IMG/VR virus record: IMGVR_UViG_3300045391_000822
Span: 64,001-128,000 of that record
Strand: one strand, 5' to 3'
Length of the DNA: 64,000 nucleotides
From: a virus
Part shown: positions 8,137-18,052 of the stretch, one piece after another
How positions within the stretch are numbered: position 1 is the first letter of the stretch
Layout: every line of letters begins with the position of its first letter
Translations under genes and position numbers: made by a program
The notes under the pieces: generated by a model
Seen by the model: the letters and a program-made list of their open reading frames with translations, nothing else
Database searches by the model: none
Told to the model about the DNA's origin: nothing

Positions 8137-11100
8137 TCACTCATCAATATCTTGTTCGAAGGGATTCTCGCGTTCGCGTTGCTTTTGGAACTTACCAAAA
8201 TCTTTCCGCAATTGCTCGATGTTGCTGATCTGGATGCCGTTCTTCACCATTCGTTGAAGCATAGCTTTGGACGCTTGGGGCGTCAGACCAAACCACGAAA
8301 GTGACGGCACACTTTCTTCCCACACCACACCAGAAGCACGTTTTTGGATAGCCCGTTTGGTCGCAGCCTGACCACGTGTTGGTAAAGCCAAATATGCTTT
8401 ACCGTCCTCCACTACAGGATAGAACTTCAATCCTTTTGGATCGGTAGATGGTTTCTGTTCCATACGATAGAAGTTACGCAGCGCGTTACGGTTAGCGTAT
8501 TTCCAGGTAGAGATACGTTTCTGTACCTTACCTTCTTGAAGCAACAGATACATCTCGCCAATCGAATTCAGTGCTTCAGGAACCGATTTATCAGGGTAGA
8601 AACCTGATTCGGCCCACAGGCGCATCTGCTTATCCAAAATTCGATGGTTCTTAATCCATGCACGGTGATAAGGAGGATCAGGACGGAAGCCCAAGGCCTG
8701 TAGAGCATCCGTGACGTCCTTCGAGTGACCTTCCTCTTTAACCGTCAATCCTAGGTAGCCGTTGGTGACAATGAAATTAACAACGGCACGTAGATTGTTC
8801 TGGAGTTCGACCTCTTTCTCTTCCAGTTCCTTCTGCCTCTTCTCCTTTGCAGCCTTACGACCTTGAGGAGTTAACAGCATGGTAGTCGCAGGTTCTGCAA
8901 CGTGTGGTGCTAAAGGAAGTTCAACCAATTCAGCCATAGCTTCTTTGGTCGTTGTCTTCAAAGGCTTCTTAAACAAGAAGACCGAAGCAAATGGAGCGCG
9001 AACACCATGGCCAGAATCTAGGTCAACGGTAACCACCCGTACGCCAGTAGCTAGAGTACGAATATAGCCGTCACCGTATTCCGTGTGGGCACGAGCACCA
9101 CGTAGCTGAGCGTTTACCTGCTCAGCATACGCCTTTGCCTGGGCGTCATCCTTGTCCGTTTCGTCGTCAACGTCAGGCGCTTCATAATCGAAATCGTTCC
9201 GAAGGAATTCATCTAGACGGACGAGACCAAGTTCCTTCTGACCAGCAATTTCCAGACCAGGTGTGTAAGGTGCACTAACCATTAGTTGTGCATCTTTAGG
9301 AGTAGGAGCAGCACCAGGATAGCTACGGAAGTTCTCGCCGTATTGAGCAATGAATTTATCCTTGTACTCTGCGTACTCCTCAATAAGCGTCAACTGATAG
9401 TCACGGTAGGCATGGGCATACTTCTCCAGGTCACCTGTCCACGAATTGTGATAACGAATATTGTCGAGTGACATCTTAATCACTGGCAGATCAGGGATCT
9501 TCTGGTAAGCAGGGGAATCAGCATTCTCAAACTTAGCCACCGCAACGATCTTCGATGTGAGTCGACTGATCTTCGTAACGTCGATGGTTCGATCGCAAAC
9601 AATCCAGCGGAAGTAAACCTTATCACGTTGTTCCTTCACCTTCATGTTTGGTCGGTTCAGACGCGAGTTACCTTGCTCTAAGGTACCAGGGTTCCATACC
9701 GTTTCTACACGAATAAGCAAGGATACGAATTGAAGGTTCAATCCAGTGTTCATCGAGTTCTCGACACCCACCATGATCTTGAAGCGAGGATCTTTCTCAA
9801 ACGCCGCACCTGTTTCGATCTTCTCAGAAGCAACATACAACAGACATTGCTTCTGTAAGTCAGGAGCCATGTATTCGTAGATTGCCTCAGCTGACTCCAC
9901 ATAGTTCGTGAAGATCAGGATCTTACCAGGACGCCCTTCATTCAGGTGCTCACGGATGTAATGGTTGATGCGCTCGACCTTCGGGGAGATACGATCAGCA
10001 CCACGCAGCATTAGCTTGCCTTCGGGGTCACGGTCAGGAGCAGTAATAAACTTCTCCATACGCGCGATATAAGGCTTCAACATTGCAGCAAGGTCTGAAC
10101 CGTCGTCCTCATCCTTCAACGCCTCTTCTTCGCCTTCCTTGGTAGCACTACGCTCGTCCTGTTCCTGGAATTTCTTCAGGAGTGCCTTGTTTGCTTGAAT
10201 CTCAGCAAGAGTCTTGGCCAAGATAAGGTTGTAGACAGCTTGTTGTTGCTCAGTCAACACAACCTTAGACATACGCTCATCAACGGTAGGTAGCAGAGCA
10301 GCCCATTCCTTACGCATCGCACCAGCAACAACCACCCGACTTTTAATCAGGTTCATGATGTCCTGTTGCGCATTTGGCTTCCACTTTATGACCTTACCGC
10401 CAGATACGGTATCACCAAAGCGTTCATTGAATTCGTCACGCGTACCAAATAGCGTAGGATCCAATTGAGCAATTTGGATAGCCAGGTCGGATGGTGAATC
10501 ATGGGCCATCGTACCAGAAGCCAGACGTTTCTTTGGAATATCCACTACAAGGTTCATCACAGCGCGTGAACGAGAAGTATCGTTCTTCACGTAATGAGAT
10601 TCGTCCATCGCAACGTAGCCAAAACTGAACTGACGCAGGATTTCGGCAATCGGGAAAACGTTAATCGACATCGTGCCGTAGCACAGGTTCTGTCCTCGTA
10701 GCTTCAATGCATCGTAGTCACAAACAACTACGGTATTACGTGGAGCAGACTCGATGACCTTGGATAAACGCTCCGGCCCTGAACGCTTCAACACCTGCGA
10801 GTTAACAGGAATAACGTTCAGCTTACCTTTGGTGAAGAAGTTGATTTCCTTCACGTACTGAGCCACCAAGTGCGAAGGGCACATGATGAGGTAAGGTGCG
10901 CTACGGTTATTTGCTAATTCAGCTAAGATGTCAGTAATGATGATAACGGTCTTACCGCCGCCGGCCTGCACAGGCAGAATAGCGAAGTCAGGTGATCCGC
11001 GAAGCTGGTTAGCAATACGATCTTGGTGAGGAAGACGTCCGAGTTCTGGATCCCACAACGGAAGTGCAGGGTTGGTATAGTTGGGGTCTACGTTCTGGTT

Positions 11101-12792
11101 GCGCGCTGGCCCCGTCAACGTCATAGCTTCGGAATTGATCTGGCCGGCTTTCGGAGCATACTTCGAAACCACAATAGCCCAAGGCAGAGTAGCGGTCGTG
11201 AAGGAGACGCTATACCGTGCGTACAGGTTATCCAGGGAAGCAAGGCAGGTATCAGCAACTTGGCGAAGATAGCGGCCAACAGGGCGCAGGTACGGATACT
11301 CGCTGTTGAAGGCTATATCAGCCCAACGAATGGACTCATGGCCCGATACGCGCAGATGAAATTTCTGAAGTTCAGAAAGGTAGGCACCAACGAGCTTACC
11401 ACGGTACGTGTCAAACAGAGCTTCGCTAGCAGATTGGGATATAGATCCGCCGTCTTCGTCAGTTCCTGCGAGACTGAAACCTTGGAAATCCTTAAGCGTA
11501 GGCTGAAACTCTTGGCGTGCAACACCCACCGCTTCGCCCATACGAGCTAGGGATTCAATAATTTCTGCTTCAACAGGTTGGTGCAGCCAGGTGTTCACGT
11601 GAACCTGTGTTGCTACTCGGCAGTTACTGAGGTTCTGAACTTGCAGCATCCCTGTAGTGGACGTGTAGGAGAATCGACAGTTCACCCAGTCGACCAGTAC
11701 CGGTATATTCGTCGGTAGCTTAGTCTTGGTAGTGTTCGAGATATTCTTTATCTCGTCCATACTCAATAGTGTGAACAGACCTCCAGGTTGCTGACCGGCT
11801 TGAGAGAAAGCGTCTTCATAACGTTCCGTGTTGTCACACGAAAGAGGTATGTACATCGGACGACCACGGTGGTCGCAGGTAATCTGGTCATCGTTGACCT
11901 TAGGAGTGACCTTCGTCAAGTCCTTAGGCAGCGTAGCTGCGATACTTGATATAGCAAAACCTGACCGAGGAGCAGGATCTAAGAATCCATAGCCTCCGTG
12001 ATGCCACGCTTGCATCAACGGGTATAGATCGATAGGGCGAACTGTAACCCAAGGTTTGGAGGCCAGGTGCTGTGCTTGCGCAGGCGGAATTAAGAAGTAG
12101 GCAAATACAACAACGCGGGTCGGCGTGATGTCCAACTGCATGTTGATAAGGCTCTTCTCAAGACAGTCACGTAGATGGGCGTCTTTACCCGCGGCTACTT
12201 GAATGGCTTGTTGCAGATTCAGAGGTTTGCGAATTACGATTTCACCAGAGCCGGTATCACGAACATTCATTTCGTTGATGCCAGATGTTTTGGCTTCTTC
12301 ACGTGCCATGCGTTGAAAGCGTGTAGCGTCATCCACCAAGGCGTCGATAGCGGCTTGATCGCTTAGGTCTGATGCTTCGCGGAGACCTTCAGCAAGCAGT
12401 TCGATAGCACCTGCACCTACCGATAGGATCGGCATACCAACAAGGTAACCGTCTTCTCGCTTCAGCAGGCGGATCAGGCCGGATGGAGTGTTAGATTGCG
12501 CCTTCATGAACTTAATGAATTCGCGTCGGACCTTGAACATGCCAGGATTTTCGGCAACCGAAGGAAATACCTGTGACATCCAAAGACGAGTGATAACTTG
12601 TCCAGGACTATCCGCGTAGGCTTTGTTGTAGAAGCCCAGGAATCCAGTCTTCTGTTCTTTGTCAGAAAGAACCAATGCAGTATCCACCACCAGATTCGAT
12701 TTTGCCTTCATTGCATTTGCAGCACGAAGACGAATACGTTCATGGGTAGACACGACCTTGGCGCTAGGTTCAACATGTCGATTGTTCTTCAT
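8137..12792 (-). CDS. Large SNF2-family (SF2) helicase/ATPase
   Basis: AGGGKT (motif I), MDESH (II), LASGT (III), KILIFT (IV), TGLNLQ (V), WNPGTLEQGNSRLNR (VI); long uncharacterised N- and C-terminal regions. Confidence 0.85.
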   Translation of the reverse strand: MKNNRHVEPSAKVVSTHERIRLRAANAMKAKSNLVVDTALVLSDKEQKTGFLGFYNKAYADSPGQVITRLWMSQVFPSVAENPGMFKVRREFIKFMKAQSNTPSGLIRLLKREDGYLVGMPILSVGAGAIELLAEGLREASDLSDQAAIDALVDDATRFQRMAREEAKTSGINEMNVRDTGSGEIVIRKPLNLQQAIQVAAGKDAHLRDCLEKSLINMQLDITPTRVVVFAYFLIPPAQAQHLASKPWVTVRPIDLYPLMQAWHHGGYGFLDPAPRSGFAISSIAATLPKDLTKVTPKVNDDQITCDHRGRPMYIPLSCDNTERYEDAFSQAGQQPGGLFTLLSMDEIKNISNTTKTKLPTNIPVLVDWVNCRFSYTSTTGMLQVQNLSNCRVATQVHVNTWLHQPVEAEIIESLARMGEAVGVARQEFQPTLKDFQGFSLAGTDEDGGSISQSASEALFDTYRGKLVGAYLSELQKFHLRVSGHESIRWADIAFNSEYPYLRPVGRYLRQVADTCLASLDNLYARYSVSFTTATLPWAIVVSKYAPKAGQINSEAMTLTGPARNQNVDPNYTNPALPLWDPELGRLPHQDRIANQLRGSPDFAILPVQAGGGKTVIIITDILAELANNRSAPYLIMCPSHLVAQYVKEINFFTKGKLNVIPVNSQVLKRSGPERLSKVIESAPRNTVVVCDYDALKLRGQNLCYGTMSINVFPIAEILRQFSFGYVAMDESHYVKNDTSRSRAVMNLVVDIPKKRLASGTMAHDSPSDLAIQIAQLDPTLFGTRDEFNERFGDTVSGGKVIKWKPNAQQDIMNLIKSRVVVAGAMRKEWAALLPTVDERMSKVVLTEQQQAVYNLILAKTLAEIQANKALLKKFQEQDERSATKEGEEEALKDEDDGSDLAAMLKPYIARMEKFITAPDRDPEGKLMLRGADRISPKVERINHYIREHLNEGRPGKILIFTNYVESAEAIYEYMAPDLQKQCLLYVASEKIETGAAFEKDPRFKIMVGVENSMNTGLNLQFVSLLIRVETVWNPGTLEQGNSRLNRPNMKVKEQRDKVYFRWIVCDRTIDVTKISRLTSKIVAVAKFENADSPAYQKIPDLPVIKMSLDNIRYHNSWTGDLEKYAHAYRDYQLTLIEEYAEYKDKFIAQYGENFRSYPGAAPTPKDAQLMVSAPYTPGLEIAGQKELGLVRLDEFLRNDFDYEAPDVDDETDKDDAQAKAYAEQVNAQLRGARAHTEYGDGYIRTLATGVRVVTVDLDSGHGVRAPFASVFLFKKPLKTTTKEAMAELVELPLAPHVAEPATTMLLTPQGRKAAKEKRQKELEEKEVELQNNLRAVVNFIVTNGYLGLTVKEEGHSKDVTDALQALGFRPDPPYHRAWIKNHRILDKQMRLWAESGFYPDKSVPEALNSIGEMYLLLQEGKVQKRISTWKYANRNALRNFYRMEQKPSTDPKGLKFYPVVEDGKAYLALPTRGQAATKRAIQKRASGVVWEESVPSLSWFGLTPQASKAMLQRMVKNGIQISNIEQLRKDFGKFQKQRERENPFEQDIDE

Positions 12793-12803
12793 TGTTAATC
12801 CCG

Positions 12804-13502
12804 TTAGACGAGTCGGTGATGCATACCTTGTGGACGGTACGCTCGCAGGATTGGTAGATATAGAGTCTTGAGAACAAATTCTTCAAGCTCTTTTGTAGAA
12901 GCTAGTGGCTTACCAGGGACCGACGGAAAGACGTCAACTGCAATCTCGTAGCCGTATGACCAACGCCCTGAAAGGTTTGCGCCTTTGTTAGCTACGAAGA
13001 AAGTTAGTCCATTGTCGATATCTAGTTGCCATATCGCAGCGTAGTCCACGGATGTACGGCGCAGACCGAGATTTTCCAAAATAGGAAGTGGTTCGTTGAT
13101 GTAGTCACAAAGGCCTTCACACCGGAGTATGAAACCAGTGGACGTCATACGCACCAAACGTTTGGTTTGGCGAGTCTTCATCTGTTTATGGAGATTATTT
13201 TTCTCCATCCAGCGTACCACTGTACGGCGTGCAGCAATCAAGATGCTGTAGATACGATCGTTCTGACTATCATGAGAACCAAAAGGATACGTACTCCGTT
13301 GTGAACAGATATTCACATAGTTCTCGACAGCCCTGGCCCAAGCACGGTCAGCCTGCGTAGCACTTACGGTACTTATAGCTTCTCGCCATATGGGCAAAGT
13401 ATCCTGGCTGAAACGAATAGGCATCGTTTCAATAGTGGGTGGCGATTGTTGGTCTTTCAGCGGCACGCCCAGCGCACTGAGATTCACGGAAGTGTAGTCC
13501 AT
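12804..13502 (-). CDS. Hypothetical protein
   Basis: 232-aa ORF packed in the minus-strand operon. Confidence 0.7.
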   Translation of the reverse strand: MDYTSVNLSALGVPLKDQQSPPTIETMPIRFSQDTLPIWREAISTVSATQADRAWARAVENYVNICSQRSTYPFGSHDSQNDRIYSILIAARRTVVRWMEKNNLHKQMKTRQTKRLVRMTSTGFILRCEGLCDYINEPLPILENLGLRRTSVDYAAIWQLDIDNGLTFFVANKGANLSGRWSYGYEIAVDVFPSVPGKPLASTKELEEFVLKTLYLPILRAYRPQGMHHRLV

Positions 13503-13504
13503 GA

Positions 13505-14047
13505 TTACACCGCGGGTGCACCATCGTTGATGATAGCGGAGTCATCAGAGTCATATTGCTCTATGGCAGGCACCTGCGAGTCGTCTACCAAAAGACCGTC
13601 TTCAGTTGTTGCATCCTGCGTCTTCTCAATGTCTTCAACGTCAGGACCATCATCGTTCAACGCGATGTCCTGAGGAGGAACTTGGTCAGAACTATAGTCG
13701 TCTTGAAGAACTTGCTCTTCGTCAGTCAGAGCTAATATGCCGTGCGCCTGCATCATGGCGTTGTCAGCCATGGCAGTTGCCTCGATACTGGTACGCTCCT
13801 GGCGTGCAGCCCATACACGAAGAGAGGCAGCAACACCAGTCCAGTTATCATCCTGTGTAGGAGATGCGTGAGTGTCCAACCGTTCAGACAACATTGCGTA
13901 GAAGACAGATTCCAGTTCTTCCTTATCAACGCCGAGTGAATAGGCGAAGTGATGAACTTGATCGTCAGACGGGTCAGGATTGAGCGACAGGAAGCATTCG
14001 ATAATTTGCGTATATTTGCTTTCCGGTGCTTCGACGTTATGGGTCAT
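13505..14047 (-). CDS. Hypothetical acidic head-associated protein
   Basis: 180 aa, GGAGG SD; helical NPDPSDDQVHHFAYSLG...LESVFYAML domain plus an acidic tail. Confidence 0.7.
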   Translation of the reverse strand: MTHNVEAPESKYTQIIECFLSLNPDPSDDQVHHFAYSLGVDKEELESVFYAMLSERLDTHASPTQDDNWTGVAASLRVWAARQERTSIEATAMADNAMMQAHGILALTDEEQVLQDDYSSDQVPPQDIALNDDGPDVEDIEKTQDATTEDGLLVDDSQVPAIEQYDSDDSAIINDGAPAV

Positions 14048-14111
14048 TTGAACCTCCGTGGAATGTCGAAGACGCCTCTAAACTGTCTAGCAGGAAGCGT
14101 CGTATCTATTC

Positions 14112-14120
14112 GTAAAATTG
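14112..14120 (-). promoter_or_regulatory. Putative late promoter motif (CAATTTTAC)
   Basis: At the divergence point, 65 nt upstream of 14047. Confidence 0.6.
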
Positions 14121-14178
14121 TGACCAAGTGGAATTCGTAGGGCGTAAATATATAACGAGTACCGACCAACAAGGAAAA

Positions 14179-14385
14179 ATGATGACTGGTGAAGAAGCGT
14201 TGGAGGAATGGCGTAAGGAAGAATTGAAGAAGCAGCGTAGTGGTTTTATGAAGCAGGTGGATGAATCGTTTGAGATTCAAGCGAAGTCGTCTATAACCTG
14301 GCATCCATGGTCACCGTTGGTTACCTGGAATGGTTTTAAGGTAGTAGCTCATCTTTATGAAGGAGAACATTATGGAAGTGATTAA
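14179..14385 (+). CDS. Hypothetical protein
   Basis: AAGGA SD then ATG at 14179; first gene of the plus-strand block. Confidence 0.6.
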   Translation: MMTGEEALEEWRKEELKKQRSGFMKQVDESFEIQAKSSITWHPWSPLVTWNGFKVVAHLYEGEHYGSD

Positions 14386-14593
14386 GAAAGGAACGCCGAC
14401 AACTTTGCCTATTACGAAGACGTGCGATTGCTGCAACTCCGTGCTGAGGTTCTTTGAGTCTGATGGTCGTATTGAAATGAAATGGGGCAGCAAGCTACTC
14501 CATGTCAATTGTCCCGAATGTGGTCATGAAATCACCGTTACGTTGAGTAAGCCACCTGTGCAGTCTCCGTATTCACTCCAGGTGCCTGCATGA
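14372..14593 (+). CDS. Zn-ribbon protein
   Basis: CDCC...CPECG; AGGAG SD before ATG 14372. Confidence 0.7.
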   Translation: MEVIKKGTPTTLPITKTCDCCNSVLRFFESDGRIEMKWGSKLLHVNCPECGHEITVTLSKPPVQSPYSLQVPA

Positions 14594-14787
14594 ACTCCCC
14601 TCAATGGAAAGATCCGTCAAAAGGAAGACGTCCTACACCGGGACCAATCACCGAACGTTTGGATGAAGAGTTACCATCGTTAAATGAAGTTGTAGACGTT
14701 CTAGAATACCGACATCCTGGACTGAAGCAAGAAATAATGCAGGCTCAGGGTTACAAGGTATCAGCGTCGGTACATAAACCGAAGTAG
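14590..14787 (+). CDS. Hypothetical protein
   Basis: ATGA-coupled 65-aa ORF. Confidence 0.6.
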   Translation: MNSPQWKDPSKGRRPTPGPITERLDEELPSLNEVVDVLEYRHPGLKQEIMQAQGYKVSASVHKPK

Positions 14788-14796
14788 GGGAAATTC

Positions 14797-15000
14797 ATGT
14801 TAGTTGTTTGTCGTGGTCAGGGTGAGTCAGTTGAGTTTTACAAGGGAGTAGATGTATCGCGTGATCGGGTAATGTGGACAAAGATAGAAAGTGAAGCATT
14901 GCAATTTCGTACCGAAACAACTGCGGCCTACATCTGTGATAAGTATCTTATCAGAGACGCAGAGTTTGTGGAGGTAGGTGATGTCCGTCATTCCTCCTGA
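14797..15000 (+). CDS. Hypothetical protein
   Basis: 67 aa, AGGGG SD. Confidence 0.6.
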   Translation: MLVVCRGQGESVEFYKGVDVSRDRVMWTKIESEALQFRTETTAAYICDKYLIRDAEFVEVGDVRHSS

Positions 15001-15433
15001 CGATGTTTCTGGAGACCTGACACCAAATAATAGGGATGTAAGACCTGTGAAGTATACGATCTTACGTTCGTGCGTTGAAGAGGTATGGGTTAAGAATTTT
15101 GCACACGACGAACTTCAGTTATACAGGAACTGTATCCTGTGCTACGACACGGTGTACGCATCAGTAGAACGACATGAATTTGTAATTCGTCACGATGCTT
15201 ATGACGAAGCAGGATGTCGGCTTAGCGAAGAAGTATTTGCTTTGCATGTAAGGAAGAACATCGATTCAGCGATAGGACTAATGGCGTTCTATTCAGTGTA
15301 TGAGTTATGTTGTGATTCAGTAGAGCGGAACATTCCAGTGTGGACATACGTACCTACTATAGTGCAGTATCTACATTGGAAAAACTATTTCCTAAAGGGG
15401 TTGAATGATGATGGATCCACAAAAGCTGGATAG
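14978..15433 (+). CDS. Hypothetical protein
   Basis: 151 aa, GGAGG SD. Confidence 0.6.
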   Translation: MMSVIPPDDVSGDLTPNNRDVRPVKYTILRSCVEEVWVKNFAHDELQLYRNCILCYDTVYASVERHEFVIRHDAYDEAGCRLSEEVFALHVRKNIDSAIGLMAFYSVYELCCDSVERNIPVWTYVPTIVQYLHWKNYFLKGLNDDGSTKAG

Positions 15434-15737
15434 CCTGGACATTACTAAAGCTGCTGAACGACTCATGGAAGCTACTGCCAGTATGGCGGTATGGTGGACT
15501 ATGGTGGAGGCAGAGAAGGAATTGGTAGATGGAGATGTTCATCCAGATGACACTGTGGTTCTTTCCTATATGGGTTGCGGGGCATCAACACAAGTTACGG
15601 CAAAGGAGTTACGGCAACTACGAGATGCCCGTAATGATCTCTACACCGTTGCAGAAAATATTAAGGCGTTGATGAGCGGCCTTACTATGAATGTCGAAGG
15701 TATTCTATCAACAAATAAAAATCAGGATGCGCTATGA
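15405..15737 (+). CDS. Hypothetical protein
   Basis: 110 aa in a packed operon. Confidence 0.6.
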   Translation: MMMDPQKLDSLDITKAAERLMEATASMAVWWTMVEAEKELVDGDVHPDDTVVLSYMGCGASTQVTAKELRQLRDARNDLYTVAENIKALMSGLTMNVEGILSTNKNQDAL

Positions 15738-16012
15738 AATGGATTGTTCTTATAGTCGCGGTACTGGCAGTCACCGGTTGCGATCAAAAGGGTGTGCCAG
15801 AAACTTCGGCTACCGTAGGAGTAGGTGCAAGTTATACGATTGACAAGTTGTTCAAGTATGATGGCTGTACTGTGTATCGTTTCCGTGATGCAGGGTACAA
15901 TAGGTACTTCACAAATTGCTCAGGAAGTACGATTGGTACAGATAGTGAATCCTGCGGGAAGAACTGTACCAACACGTGGGACACAGGTATTTCCGGAGGA
16001 GCTCGACGGTGA
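15734..16012 (+). CDS. Lipoprotein (DUF4884-like)
   Basis: Signal peptide with lipobox VTGC; KLFKYDGCTVYRFRDAG...YFTNC motif. Confidence 0.7.
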   Translation: MKWIVLIVAVLAVTGCDQKGVPETSATVGVGASYTIDKLFKYDGCTVYRFRDAGYNRYFTNCSGSTIGTDSESCGKNCTNTWDTGISGGARR

Positions 16013-16197
16013 CCAGCCTAGATAGTCCTTGTGTAGCCATATGCTCCACACTTTATGATGACGTGTGCAGAGGTTGTGGGCGGACTGTTATGGAAGTAGC
16101 GAATTGGGTGTTCATGTCTCAAGAGGAAAAGGATGAAGTCTGGGTCAGGATCAAAGCAGAGGGGTTCCCTAAAAGGGACCTCACGAAGAAATATTGA
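16009..16197 (+). CDS. DUF1289 family Cys-rich protein
   Basis: DSPCVAIC...VCRGCGRTVMEVANW...EEK; GTG start overlapping the previous TGA after a GGAGG SD. Confidence 0.75.
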   Translation: MTSLDSPCVAICSTLYDDVCRGCGRTVMEVANWVFMSQEEKDEVWVRIKAEGFPKRDLTKKY

Positions 16198-16537
16198 AGC
16201 TGTTCCTAAATACGGTTACCGGGTAGATTTTGATGGCATGGTATGCCGACTTAAGGTAACCAGATTTGAGATAGTTGGTACCTCAGCTAAATCAGTTATG
16301 TACCGAGATGGACTATACGAGAAAGAAATGCGTAGTAAGGTGGCTGCTCTTGATCATCAATGGTTCTTCTCCTTTGAAGAAGCTAAGGTGTTCGCCCTTG
16401 AACGAATAAAAGAATACAAGAGGCGAATAAAGGAACGGAAGAGTTTACTCGATAAAGAAGCGGACAACCTGAAGAACGGGATTGTTTGGTGGTCAGATAC
16501 GATAAAATGGAAACCAGGAACTAAGGTGATTGTATGA
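16133..16537 (+). CDS. Hypothetical protein
   Basis: 134 aa; start uncertain (overlaps the DUF1289 gene). Confidence 0.55.
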   Translation: MKSGSGSKQRGSLKGTSRRNIEAVPKYGYRVDFDGMVCRLKVTRFEIVGTSAKSVMYRDGLYEKEMRSKVAALDHQWFFSFEEAKVFALERIKEYKRRIKERKSLLDKEADNLKNGIVWWSDTIKWKPGTKVIV

Positions 16538-17091
16538 GTTATTCATTGCTACCTGCTCTCAATTCGTATCATCGGTTGACCGTGAGTGAAAGGCTACCCA
16601 GTGTAGGTTACAGATTTTTCTTATCACCTAACGGTAGCTACGGCCATCATATGTTGATTCATAAGGAAGGTCGATTCCTATCTGCTATCAGGCAAAATGG
16701 AGCAAACAATCTAGAATCAGCTCTTGCGTATCATGGAGGGTATAGCGCATTCGATGTAGTAAGCAGTGCGTCGGATGTGACCAACGGCGCAGCACGAGCA
16801 TTTCATAAAGCCTTGCAGGACCCTAGTGTTCAATTTCTTGTCCAAGCAGTAGTGATTGATATTGCTACGGCGGCTAAAGAACATGATCAGGATGTCTTGA
16901 AGTACGTAGTGAAGTTTATTAATCAAGCTAGTCTACCAGTGGTGTGTAAGGAGTCTTCTACTGGTTTGGATTTGATAATGGGACACTCTAAGGTGTTGTC
17001 CATAACCGCTCCGAAGAGTTCCGAGTTGATTGCGTTGCTTGGACCTGGTAGCCCTGCAGTAGCTGATAAAAGCAAGAAGCAGATAGAATGA
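16534..17091 (+). CDS. Hypothetical protein
   Basis: 185 aa, ATGA coupling at both ends. Confidence 0.6.
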   Translation: MSYSLLPALNSYHRLTVSERLPSVGYRFFLSPNGSYGHHMLIHKEGRFLSAIRQNGANNLESALAYHGGYSAFDVVSSASDVTNGAARAFHKALQDPSVQFLVQAVVIDIATAAKEHDQDVLKYVVKFINQASLPVVCKESSTGLDLIMGHSKVLSITAPKSSELIALLGPGSPAVADKSKKQIE

Positions 17092-17567
17092 AAATCTATG
17101 CGGCTACAGGACACCGTCCTGACAAGCTAGGTGGCTACTCCAGAGGAATTGAACTGAAGCTCGAGAAACTAGCCCTACGTTACCTGATAAAGAAAAAGCC
17201 AGATAAGATAATTTCTGGTATGGCCCAAGGTTGGGATCTAGCATGGGCAACAGCCGGATTAGAATTAGGTATTCCAGTAATTGCAGCTATCCCGTTTGTC
17301 GAACAATCCACGCGCTGGCCAGAAGAATCTAGGGAACGGTATTCCGATATACTCCAAAGATGTACCGAGGTGAAGTACGTTTGCATTTCAGGTTACGCTC
17401 CCTGGAAGATGCAGGTAAGGAATAGATGGATGGTGGATAATTGTACCAAGTTGGTAGCCTTATGGAACGGGTCTTCAGGAGGTACAGCGAATTGTATCGA
17501 GTATGCCAAATCGGTTAATAGGAGGATCTTTAATCTATGGCCACGCTGGGAGAAGCTTGCAGCGTAG
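17088..17567 (+). CDS. SLOG-superfamily (YoqJ/DUF1273-like) protein
   Basis: ATGHRPDKLGGY, ISGMAQGWD, MQVRNRWMVD and GGTANCIEYA motifs. Confidence 0.8.
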   Translation: MKIYAATGHRPDKLGGYSRGIELKLEKLALRYLIKKKPDKIISGMAQGWDLAWATAGLELGIPVIAAIPFVEQSTRWPEESRERYSDILQRCTEVKYVCISGYAPWKMQVRNRWMVDNCTKLVALWNGSSGGTANCIEYAKSVNRRIFNLWPRWEKLAA

Positions 17568-17602
17568 AGGAAATTTTATGATCTACCTCATAGGAGAAGA
17601 TC

Positions 17603-17821
17603 ATGTTGATAGACTCTATTACCATGCAGCCGGACGGACCTCGTTTAATAGTTACGCTCATGGGACAACCTCCCGTCACGTTAGAAGGTGACGATATGCT
17701 TTTCCAACAGGCTGCGATGTTCAATACCTTTTTAGGTGCGTACCCAAGTTCTGACTATTCGGTACTAGCCACAGTAGTATCGCAAGACCAGTACACCATA
17801 GAAGTAAATACGTTGAGTTAA
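17603..17821 (+). CDS. Hypothetical protein
   Basis: 72 aa, AGGAG SD; AAATTTTAT variant of the late motif at 17571. Confidence 0.6.
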   Translation: MLIDSITMQPDGPRLIVTLMGQPPVTLEGDDMLFQQAAMFNTFLGAYPSSDYSVLATVVSQDQYTIEVNTLS

Positions 17822-17890
17822 GGCGCGTGTACAGGTAGGAGGTGCAAGGCCTCCTACAGACGCGCTGGTCTCCAGTATTTGGGGATCTTA

Positions 17891-17935
17891 AGTGTTGCAA
17901 AAATGCAACACTCGAATTTACAGACGTGTTACAAT
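17891..17935 (+). promoter_or_regulatory. Palindromic operator-like site plus extended -10 promoter
   Basis: AGTGTTGCA-AAAA-TGCAACACT perfect inverted repeat followed by TG-T-TACAAT at 17927-17935. Confidence 0.45.
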
Positions 17936-18052
17936 AGTGTGCGCGTAGTGGGCGCAAGGTAAGGGTAGAAGTGAGCCTAATGTAGAAGGTGACAAAAGGA
18001 ACAACATGCAGGTCGAAGAACAAGCAACACCCTTAGAACGAGGAGAGGGGGC

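Noticed and set aside
9435-9465. Intein end (HN-S) in the helicase
   Set aside because: No N-terminal splice block, TxxH or LAGLIDADG motif, and helicase motifs I-VI are not interrupted.
17823-17873. Possible tRNA (GGAGG-TGCAAGG-CCTCC arm, downstream CCA)
   Set aside because: No D arm or anticodon arm and too short for a cloverleaf; kept only as a structured-RNA candidate.
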